Shown here: one piece after another, positions 26,475 through 33,748 of the stretch
Numbering within the stretch: the first letter of the stretch is position 1
Layout of the letters: each line of letters begins with the position of its first letter
Source of the DNA: Bacteroidales bacterium
GTDB taxonomy: Bacteria; Bacteroidota; Bacteroidia; Bacteroidales; WCHB1-69
Direction of reading: 5' to 3'
DNA: 44,640 nucleotides
Assembly: GCA_016282395.1 (NCBI GenBank)
Contig: JAEEKL010000256.1
Location: 1-44,640, forward strand
Program-made: the position numbers and the translations under genes
Notes under the pieces: model-generated
Database searches by the model: none
Seen by the model: only the letters and a program-made list of their open reading frames with translations
Told to the model about the DNA's origin: nothing

Positions 26475-27752
26475 ATGAGAAAAAAAGGCTTGGTTTTTCT
26501 GTTACTGTTTTGTTCTTGTATGGCATTTGGTCAGGTGGAACAATTTGATATTCAGTTGGATAACAAGGTTTATGTGGACGGGATCAGTAGTGTTCAGCTT
26601 GCAGTGGGACCCGACCAACTTTCCAAGCCGGTCGGTACATTGGGAGTTGATGAGTTCCATATTTCTTTCGATGATCTGGAGCTGGAGACCCGCCATCTGA
26701 AATACACGTTCATCCATTGCACGCACGATTGGAAATGGTCGCAGATGAATCCTATTGAGTATATTGAAGGGTTTATGGAGGAGGACATCACAACGTACGA
26801 CCATTCTTTTAACACCATCGAGCCGTACATCCATTACCAAGCTTCTTTTCCGAATGAAAATATATCTTTTAATAAATCAGGAAATTATATCCTTTATGTG
26901 TATGACGACACACCGGATAATCCTATTCTGACCCAACGGTTCATGGTGCTGGAACCCACTCCGGCCAAAATAACCTGTGATGTGCATTACGCTATAGACG
27001 TCAATATGATGTACACCCATCAAGATGTTGACTTTTTTGTTTATCCGGGTGCTTATCGGGTCAGGAATCCCCAGCGTTCGATACATGCCACTATTCAGCA
27101 GAACGACAGATGGGATAATGCCAAAATTGGACTCACGTACAATTCTGGTGACGCAGACGAACTGCGTTTCGATTTTACGGATGGCAGGAACACTTTTCCC
27201 GGTGGTGCTGAATTCCACACCTTTGATATTACAACTTTACGCTCAAATGCCGATCATATTGTTGGCATTTCATTTGAGAACCGCCATACGCACGCATACG
27301 TTTTGCAAGATGAAGCTCGTCCTTATGCCGCTTACGAAAGCCGGGGTAACATGAATGGGCGTTGCTATTATTACAACCGGGACTTGAAGAATGACTATTC
27401 GGAGGACTATGTGTTCACGCATTTCACCCTCAAAAGCAGCTTCCCGTTTACGGATGGCGATGTTTATGTGTTTGGGGAACTGACGGACTGGCAGCTTCAG
27501 GATGATGCCAAACTGCACTATAACAAAGAGTTCGATTTTTGGGAGACTGATCTTTTCCTGAAACAGGGCGCATACAACTATCAGTATGTATATGTTCCAC
27601 ATGGTAGCGACATCATTGACGCCACCTATATTGAGGGCTCACATTACCAAACTAATAATATATACTATATTTACATTTATTTCCAGGAAGAAGGAACATT
27701 TTATGACCGCCTCATCGGTTTTCAGTCTTGCTCGATTTCGGACAAACACTAA
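26475..27752 (+). CDS. DUF5103-family protein (type IX secretion system plug-like)
   Basis: Signal peptide, then FHISFDDLE...YTFIHCTHDWKWSQMNPIEYIEGF...SGNYILYVYDD...GAYNYQYVYV. This matches my recollection of the DUF5103 / T9SS plug family pattern; it has not been search-verified. Confidence 0.6.
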   Translation: MRKKGLVFLLLFCSCMAFGQVEQFDIQLDNKVYVDGISSVQLAVGPDQLSKPVGTLGVDEFHISFDDLELETRHLKYTFIHCTHDWKWSQMNPIEYIEGFMEEDITTYDHSFNTIEPYIHYQASFPNENISFNKSGNYILYVYDDTPDNPILTQRFMVLEPTPAKITCDVHYAIDVNMMYTHQDVDFFVYPGAYRVRNPQRSIHATIQQNDRWDNAKIGLTYNSGDADELRFDFTDGRNTFPGGAEFHTFDITTLRSNADHIVGISFENRHTHAYVLQDEARPYAAYESRGNMNGRCYYYNRDLKNDYSEDYVFTHFTLKSSFPFTDGDVYVFGELTDWQLQDDAKLHYNKEFDFWETDLFLKQGAYNYQYVYVPHGSDIIDATYIEGSHYQTNNIYYIYIYFQEEGTFYDRLIGFQSCSISDKH

Positions 27753-27754
27753 TT

Positions 27755-28483
27755 TTATTTGTTTTTGATGCACCTTACCGAATAGAATGCCTCTTTTGGG
27801 GTACAGTTGATTTCCACGGTCGCGTTTGTGTAGTAGAAACGGTGAATGGGTGAAGTGTCGGGGCTCCCGTCGGAGCAGGTCCAGAAACCGGCATTCGTTC
27901 CGAAGCCTTCTGTTTGACCGTTCCATACACTGCCTGCCGGTAACACGGAAAATCCTGTACTGTTGTTCGTTGAAACGTTTTCAATGATGCAGCAGTCCGC
28001 ACCTTTCGTCAGGAAGTCGAACTGCCAGCCTTCGGTGGAAGCCATAGGTTTGGCCACGTTGTTGACATCAGTGCCGCATCGGAAATAATCCTTGTAGCCC
28101 ACAAAATCTTCAACCCCCATCCATTCGAAGTTGGAGGGCACGTGCCAACCATTGGGACAGGCACCCTGCACGCGACCGTCTGTCTCTTCCGTTGGCTTGG
28201 CTCCGTTAAGTGTAGAAAACCAGGTGTATAGCCTGCCATAGCGGGTGACGTTCTGCGGGTCGTTGTTCGGTATTTCGGGAACAGGGGTGATGGGGCTGCC
28301 ATCGGCATATCTTAAAGTGCGGAGATTTTCGCGCATCCAACAATCATCGCCCATCACAACGGTCTGATACACATTACCGTCGATGTCGGTCACAGTGCCG
28401 CAGTCGTGAATGTTTTGCGCGTGTGATGAAATCATCGCCAGCAACGTAGCAACTATCAATGCCGTATATCTCGTGATTTTCAT
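27755..28483 (-). CDS. FISUMP-domain (Fibrobacter succinogenes major paralogous domain) secreted protein
   Basis: Signal peptide, then DIDGNVYQTVVMGDDCWMRENL...YGRLYTW...CPNGWHVPSNFEW...GFSVLPAG, the hallmark string of TIGR02145-type domains. Confidence 0.8.
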   Translation of the reverse strand: MKITRYTALIVATLLAMISSHAQNIHDCGTVTDIDGNVYQTVVMGDDCWMRENLRTLRYADGSPITPVPEIPNNDPQNVTRYGRLYTWFSTLNGAKPTEETDGRVQGACPNGWHVPSNFEWMGVEDFVGYKDYFRCGTDVNNVAKPMASTEGWQFDFLTKGADCCIIENVSTNNSTGFSVLPAGSVWNGQTEGFGTNAGFWTCSDGSPDTSPIHRFYYTNATVEINCTPKEAFYSVRCIKNK

Positions 28484-28506
28484 GTTGGGTATTGATTCTC
28501 TGTACG

Positions 28507-28524
28507 GACGCGATTTATCGCGTC
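28507..28524 (-). terminator. GC-rich 8-bp-stem hairpin GACGCGAT-TT-ATCGCGTC between the GT2 gene and the FISUMP gene
   Basis: Perfect palindrome 28 nt after the GT2 stop. There is no U-tract on the - strand, so it could be a terminator or a processing/stability element. Confidence 0.3.
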
Positions 28525-28551
28525 AGAAATTTTTTATTATCACAACGTGTT

Positions 28552-29508
28552 TTATACGATTCTGTCCGAAATCAGGTATTTGTTTCTGTCAGAGCCGTTG
28601 CGGGCGATAAGTTCAGCGAGGAACCCTGCGAGAAACAGCATCAGACCGAACACCATGGCAAGAAGCGCGAGGTAGAACAGCGGCTGGTCAGTGACTTGGC
28701 GGAAACCGGCCACATGATGCGACATCCGGTAGAGTTTCTGCGCAATCAGAATGATGGTGATGATGATGCCGATGAGGAACGACAAAGTTCCCAAACTTCC
28801 GAAGAGGTGCATCGGCTTTTTGCCGAATTTTGACATGAAATTGACGGTGAGCAGATCCAAGTAACCGTTGATGAATCGGTTCCAGCCGAATTTGGACACA
28901 CCGTGCTTGCGTTTCTGGTGGATGACCACCTTTTCGCCAATATTGCTGAATCCCGCCCACTTGGCGATGACAGGGATGTAACGGTGCATCTCGCTATAGA
29001 CTTCGATGGATTTCACCACGTCTTTCTTATAGGCTTTAAGACCACAGTTAAAGTCATGGAGCATGATGCCTGACATCCGACGGGTAGTCCAATTGAAGAA
29101 CTTCGATGGTATGTTTTTGGCCAATTTGGAATCGTAACGCACTTTCTTCCAGCCGGAAACCAAGTCGAATCCGTCCTCCTTGATCATGCGGTAGAGTTCA
29201 GGAATTTCGTCGGGACTGTCCTGCAGGTCGGCATCCATAGTGATGACCACATTTCCCTCACACGCTTCGAAAGCGGTGTTTAGTGCGGCGGATTTGCCGT
29301 AGTTTCGGCGGAAACGGATGCCTTTGATGGCGCTGTTTTTGACATGCAGCTCCTGAATCACCGACCAGGATTCGTCGGTGGAGCCGTCATCCACCATTAT
29401 GACTTCGTATGTGAACTGGTTCTCATCCATCACGCGCTCAATCCACGCGGCCAGCTCCGGCAGCGATTCTGCCTCGTTCAGCAGGGGTACTATTACGGAT
29501 ATGTCCAT
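28552..29508 (-). CDS. family 2 glycosyltransferase, polyprenyl-phosphate sugar transferase type (GtrB/ArnC/DPM1-like)
   Basis: Motifs VIVPLLNEAESL, VDDGSTD and DADLQD (DxD) are present, plus two C-terminal TM helices. Confidence 0.85.
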   Translation of the reverse strand: MDISVIVPLLNEAESLPELAAWIERVMDENQFTYEVIMVDDGSTDESWSVIQELHVKNSAIKGIRFRRNYGKSAALNTAFEACEGNVVITMDADLQDSPDEIPELYRMIKEDGFDLVSGWKKVRYDSKLAKNIPSKFFNWTTRRMSGIMLHDFNCGLKAYKKDVVKSIEVYSEMHRYIPVIAKWAGFSNIGEKVVIHQKRKHGVSKFGWNRFINGYLDLLTVNFMSKFGKKPMHLFGSLGTLSFLIGIIITIILIAQKLYRMSHHVAGFRQVTDQPLFYLALLAMVFGLMLFLAGFLAELIARNGSDRNKYLISDRIV

Positions 29509-29514
29509 TTTTAA

Positions 29515-29598
29515 TGGTTATTGGTTATTGGTTATTGGTTATTGAAGTTCAAAGTTCAAAGTTCAAAGTTCAAAGTTTAAGGCTCAAGGTTTAAGTCT
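29515..29598. repeat. 12 perfectly phased heptads: TGGTTAT x4, TGAAGTT, CAAAGTT x4, TAAGGCT, CAAGGTT, TAAGTCT
   Basis: Read directly from the sequence. The tract fills essentially the whole 93-nt spacer between the DUF4199 stop (29602) and the GT2 start (29508). Confidence 0.9.
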
Positions 29599-29601
29599 AT
29601 G

Positions 29602-30543
29602 TTATTCAGTTTCTTCGTTCTCAGATGGGACGAACTCTTCAATCGGTTTCTTCGAGGTGTAGTGGAACATGGCAATGAAGAGGCCGAAGAACATGCCGTA
29701 GAGTAGATACATCAAGGCACTGACAGTAGCATACTGTCCGTTGCGGTCGTAGCGGGGCACACGGGATTTCGTGGCCTCGAAGCGCTTCTCCAAAGGGTCG
29801 ATGCTTGCAAGCGTGTCGTTGGTCTTTTGGACGATGCTTTGCACAAACGGTGTGGAAGCTTTCCCGTCGTTTTGTTCTATGTAGCTGACCAGTGTCTCCA
29901 TCATTACACGTTTGGCGTATGGAGTGAATTTGCCGAGCTGGTACTGCTCTTTGTCCGTTTCGGGTTTGGAACACAGTTTGTCGGTGTAAAACTTTTGGAA
30001 GAGCAGGACGCCATTGTTGATTTCGTCGCGGATCTGACTCTGTTCTGCCTCGTTTGTCAGACAATGCTCCACATTGAGGGCAACGGTGTCGTTGCAGAGG
30101 TTGTCCTTTTTATCGTTCATTATTACGGAAGCTGCATCGCAGAATGCGGTCAGTTCGTCAGCCGTCAGCGTGTCTTTTGCGAGATTCTGCTTGTATTTTT
30201 CCAGAGCGACGGTATATTTCTGCTGTAATCCATCCTTTTCGAAGAGGGAATAATGCAGCATGTCGTAGCCGAAGAGGACGATTGCGCCGATGACGGACAG
30301 TACAATGCAGCTCAGGAATGCCTTTGCGAACGACAATCGTTCAGGATAGACCTCCTTGAATTCCTTCACTCCGTGATACAACACGAGAATGAAGCCGATA
30401 ATCATCGCGAGGTCAAGCAGCTGTGCCATTTGATAATCGACTTTACGGGCAAACATCTTGAGAATCTCAATGCCAGCCAGCATAATGCCCACAATGACAC
30501 CCCATTTCAGGTGTATCTTCCAGAAAGATTTGTTTTTCAACAT
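29602..30543 (-). CDS. DUF4199-like membrane protein with a long soluble insertion
   Basis: Three N-terminal TM helices and one C-terminal TM helix flank a polar region of about 150 aa. The DUF4199 call rests on the N-terminal pattern and on its usual adjacency to this GT2 in Bacteroidales, which is from recall. Confidence 0.45.
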   Translation of the reverse strand: MLKNKSFWKIHLKWGVIVGIMLAGIEILKMFARKVDYQMAQLLDLAMIIGFILVLYHGVKEFKEVYPERLSFAKAFLSCIVLSVIGAIVLFGYDMLHYSLFEKDGLQQKYTVALEKYKQNLAKDTLTADELTAFCDAASVIMNDKKDNLCNDTVALNVEHCLTNEAEQSQIRDEINNGVLLFQKFYTDKLCSKPETDKEQYQLGKFTPYAKRVMMETLVSYIEQNDGKASTPFVQSIVQKTNDTLASIDPLEKRFEATKSRVPRYDRNGQYATVSALMYLLYGMFFGLFIAMFHYTSKKPIEEFVPSENEETE

Positions 30544-30548
30544 TCCTT

Positions 30549-30618
30549 TAGCTTTAGCTATTGGCTATCAGCTTTTGGCACTTGGCAAATAGCCTATAGC
30601 CAAAAGCCAATAGCTAGA
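30549..30618. repeat. 10 heptads of the RGCnnnn class with dyad symmetry (..AGCTATT GGCTATC AGCTTTT GGCACTT GGCAAAT AGCCTAT AGCCAAA AGCCAAT AGCTAGA)
   Basis: RGC recurs every 7 nt from 30556 to 30612. TAGCTATTGGCT (30555-30566) is the exact reverse complement of AGCCAATAGCTA (30605-30616). Confidence 0.85.
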
Positions 30619-30625
30619 CTGGATA

Positions 30626-31030
30626 TTATTTCGGGCAGCAGAACTCGGTGAGGACGCTGCAGGTGGACTTCGGGTGGGCGAAGCCGATCATGAGGCCTTC
30701 AGCGCCGGGACGGGCGCACTTGTCGATAAGGCGCACTTCCTTGGAAGCAAGTTCGTTAAGTGCTTCGTTGGTGTCGGGCACCGCGAATGCGATGTGGTGG
30801 ATGCCCTCTCCGCGGTTCTCGATGAACTTTGCGATGGTGCTCTCTGGGCTCGTTGGTTCCAGAAGCTCGATTTTGGTTTGTCCAACCTTGAAGAAGGCGG
30901 TTTTCACCTTTTGGTCGGCGACTTCTTCAATGTTGTAGCATTTCATCCCGAGGATGTTCTCGTAATAGGGGATGGCTGTTTCCAGACTTTTCACGGCAAT
31001 GCCGAGGTGTTCGATGTGGGTAATGTTCAT
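30626..31030 (-). CDS. mce: methylmalonyl-CoA epimerase (VOC/glyoxalase fold)
   Basis: 134 aa. HIEHLGIAV...KIELLEP...GEGIHHIAF...ARPGAEG is the typical epimerase layout. Confidence 0.85.
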   Translation of the reverse strand: MNITHIEHLGIAVKSLETAIPYYENILGMKCYNIEEVADQKVKTAFFKVGQTKIELLEPTSPESTIAKFIENRGEGIHHIAFAVPDTNEALNELASKEVRLIDKCARPGAEGLMIGFAHPKSTCSVLTEFCCPK

Positions 31031-31127
31031 ATTGTTTGGTTTTATTTGTTAGTTACTTCGTGTTGATTACTTCGTGTTTTTTAGCCTTCGGCTGTTGGCC
31101 CCACACTGCGCTTCGCTTGTGTGTGGG

Positions 31128-31910
31128 TCAGTCGCGGTCGGGGGTGGCGTCGAGCCAGGTGGTTTTGTGCTTGATGAGTTTGATGAGCAGGGCGATGACG
31201 GTGTAGGCGAGGGTGATCCAGAGCATGGGGCGGCTACAGCCGAGGCAGACGTTGTCGGGGCAGTTGCGGACGCAAATCAGGTGGAAGAGAAGGTAGTCCA
31301 CGACGGTGTAGGAGACGAGTACGGACATGATGGTGGCGTATTCGCGGCGGATGAAGGTTTTCCAGGAGAACTGGAGCATGCCGCCTTCGAGGAGCGACCA
31401 TTTCGGGATGAACGCGGGCACCCGGGCGGCCCAATCCTCGAATTTGTCGCCGTATTTGGAGCGCAGGAACGCTTCTTCGGCCATCATGATGCGTTCGTAG
31501 TAGATCCAATAGACAAGGGAGACGACGAGGAATACGCAGATGTTCATCGTGAAGACGAGCAGACCGGCCCAGATGAGGTAGTTGGCGAGGTAGAGCGGGT
31601 GGCGCACCACGGAGTAGATGCCTTTGGTGTTGAGGTGGTCGGCGACCTGTCGGGCGGTGTTGCGGCCGGAGGTGCCTTTTGGGGTGGTGCAGACGGTGTA
31701 GGCGCGCAGGACGAGGCCTGCAAAGGTGAGCGCGGCGGCGAAGACGGTACAGACGACCATCAGGGGCGAACCCCACGTGTCCCAAACGTAGATGCCGCTG
31801 TTTGTGAGCCATAATAACGGTAGGGCAAGCACGAAAATAAGCACCGGAATCTGTCCCCGATACTTGAAGAGCTTCGCGCCGGTCGCTTCCATTGATTGAA
31901 TTAAAGCCAT
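31128..31910 (-). CDS. ICMT/PEMT-family membrane methyltransferase
   Basis: Polytopic protein with KGIYSVVRHPLYLANYLIWAGL, the isoprenylcysteine carboxyl / phospholipid methyltransferase motif. The start is at the ATG at 31910, 25 nt after a TATATTTG box. The gene is very GC-rich, which produces shadow ORFs. Confidence 0.75.
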   Translation of the reverse strand: MALIQSMEATGAKLFKYRGQIPVLIFVLALPLLWLTNSGIYVWDTWGSPLMVVCTVFAAALTFAGLVLRAYTVCTTPKGTSGRNTARQVADHLNTKGIYSVVRHPLYLANYLIWAGLLVFTMNICVFLVVSLVYWIYYERIMMAEEAFLRSKYGDKFEDWAARVPAFIPKWSLLEGGMLQFSWKTFIRREYATIMSVLVSYTVVDYLLFHLICVRNCPDNVCLGCSRPMLWITLAYTVIALLIKLIKHKTTWLDATPDRD

Positions 31911-31934
31911 TTTTTGCCGCAATTTTTCAGGCTG

Positions 31935-31942
31935 CAAATATA
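31935..31942 (-). promoter_or_regulatory. putative -7 box TATATTTG for the methyltransferase gene
   Basis: + strand caaatata. Confidence 0.45.
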
Positions 31943-32020
31943 CACAAAATACGAATACCATAAAAAAAGGATGACAATTGCCATCCTTTTTCATTAACCA
32001 TTAAAATCTTTACATTATGA

Positions 32021-32374
32021 TTACCCTCTGCGCTCTTTAATACGGGCTTTCTTACCCGTCAAATCACGGAGATAGTAAATTCTTGCTCTACGAACGACAC
32101 CACGTTTCACCACCTTGAGGTCTGCGATCATGGGGGAGGTGAAGGGGAAAACTCTTTCCACACCGATACCGCCAGAAATCTTTCTCACAGTGAAAGTCTT
32201 GTTCACATTGTTGCCTTTGATTTGCAGAACCACGCCCTGGAAATTCTGAATACGCTCTTTGGAACCTTCTACGATTCTATAGGAAACATTCACGGTATCA
32301 CCGGCTTTGAATTTCGGGAACTCGCGGGTTGTTATAAAATTATCTTCTACGTATTGAATCAACTCGTTTTTCAT
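32021..32374 (-). CDS. rplS: 50S ribosomal protein L19
   Basis: 117 aa. [29 protein letters not shown]...RRARIYYLR is canonical bL19. Confidence 0.97.
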   Translation of the reverse strand: MKNELIQYVEDNFITTREFPKFKAGDTVNVSYRIVEGSKERIQNFQGVVLQIKGNNVNKTFTVRKISGGIGVERVFPFTSPMIADLKVVKRGVVRRARIYYLRDLTGKKARIKERRG

Positions 32375-32418
32375 TGCTCTATCTTTTTTCTTCTAAATTC
32401 TCCTTAAATTTGAGGCTG

Positions 32419-32426
32419 CAAAAATA
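32419..32426 (-). promoter_or_regulatory. putative -7 box TATTTTTG for rplS
   Basis: + strand caaaaata; 45 nt upstream of the ATG at 32374. Confidence 0.5.
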
Positions 32427-32587
32427 CACTTTTTTTTCATATCCGCAACCTTGTCGGGAATATTTTTATAATATTCTTATATGGTTGTAAATCACCATGT
32501 TGTAATATTGCTGATTTTGAAGCGGAAGGTTTTTCTTGAAAATACACTTTGATTTTTGTTCTTGTTTGCGCAAATGCACCGCACTTT

Positions 32588-33742
32588 TTAAATCAACATA
32601 TCGGTGTCCTCTTTTTCTATGTCTGGAATCAGCCGTCTGACCAGTTTGTAGTCGTAGAAGAAGCGGCTGGCGATGACACGGACCACCGTGTAGGTGGGGA
32701 TAGCGATGAGCATACCTACCACGCCGCCGATGTGGCCGGCAATCAAGAGTACTACGAAAATCTCAAGCGGACTGGCCTTGATACTGGTGGAATAGATGAG
32801 CGGTTGGTAGATGAAGTTGTCCACCAATTGGGTGGCCAGCATGACGCCCAGCACAATTGCGGCAAATAGCCAGATGTTTACCCCTATCCCGATTCCTGCG
32901 CCATACTTTAGGATAACGCATAGTGTGACTCCGATTAACTCGCCGATCAGAGGACCCACGTACGGGATGATGTTCAGCAGTCCGGCAATGAAGGCGATGC
33001 CAAGGGCGTAGTTGAGATCAACACGGGCAATGAGCCATAGGCCGAGACAGTCCAGTATTACCACGCCGAGAATTTCGACAATCAGCCCGACAAAATAACG
33101 AGAGAGAAGTCGCTCAATGTCAAGGATTGTTTTTTTCATCTTATCTTCAATTGTGTCAGGAACAAGTGCACCGACAATGCGTCCGAAAAGTGTTTCATCT
33201 TTGATGAAAAAGAAAGAAATGAATATGACGGAGAATAGGCCCACGACAAGTCCGGCAACAGCAGAAGCAACGGAACCTAAGATACCGGAAATGTTCGACA
33301 AATCCATCACTTCGGAGATTTTTTGGATTAACAATTGGACACCGTCGAAATCTTCGCCCACCCATGGGATTACCTTGATAATCCAATTGTTGAATTGATC
33401 AATGATGTTTTGGCCGTCTATACTTCCCTGCTCATTCATAAAAGCGGCTTCCCGCACTATGTTTGTGACCACAGGGATCACCTGCATGATTATCAGAATC
33501 AGCAGCGCGAAGATGATAATGAGGGTGATTACCGCCAGCAGTGCGTCTGGAGCCGATTTTCCTTTGATTTTGACTTTTCGGAGCAGCCGCAATAGAGGTT
33601 GACCGATTAGTGAGACTACAAAGGCCAACAAGATGTAAGCCAATACGCTCCCAAAAAAGTAGCATAATAGGGCTGCAATTGCCAAAGTGCCCAAAATGAT
33701 GATATAACGGGCTAATTTGTCGATACTGCGTTCTTTTTCCAT
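32588..33742 (-). CDS. AI-2E family transporter (PerM/UPF0118)
   Basis: 384 aa with about 8 TM helices in the typical PerM layout. Its start lies 6 nt after the GH78 stop. Confidence 0.8.
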   Translation of the reverse strand: MEKERSIDKLARYIIILGTLAIAALLCYFFGSVLAYILLAFVVSLIGQPLLRLLRKVKIKGKSAPDALLAVITLIIIFALLILIIMQVIPVVTNIVREAAFMNEQGSIDGQNIIDQFNNWIIKVIPWVGEDFDGVQLLIQKISEVMDLSNISGILGSVASAVAGLVVGLFSVIFISFFFIKDETLFGRIVGALVPDTIEDKMKKTILDIERLLSRYFVGLIVEILGVVILDCLGLWLIARVDLNYALGIAFIAGLLNIIPYVGPLIGELIGVTLCVILKYGAGIGIGVNIWLFAAIVLGVMLATQLVDNFIYQPLIYSTSIKASPLEIFVVLLIAGHIGGVVGMLIAIPTYTVVRVIASRFFYDYKLVRRLIPDIEKEDTDMLI

Positions 33743-33748
33743 GATATT

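Noticed and set aside
27755-28483. The FISUMP-domain gene as a diversity-generating retroelement target
   Set aside because: There is no reverse transcriptase, no template/variable repeat pair and no adenine-specific mismatched duplicate of the 3' end anywhere in the window.
29515-29598. Possibility that the short tandem repeats are a CRISPR array
   Set aside because: The units are 7 bp and contiguous, with no spacers, no cas genes and no leader.
31074-31814. A 246-aa + strand ORF and a 192-aa - strand out-of-frame ORF over the methyltransferase gene
   Set aside because: This stretch is very GC-rich (about 58% in sampled lines). The products are Gly/Asp/Val or Arg/Pro/His repeats without motifs. 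The ICMT/PEMT frame has the RHPLY motif, TM helices and a promoter box.
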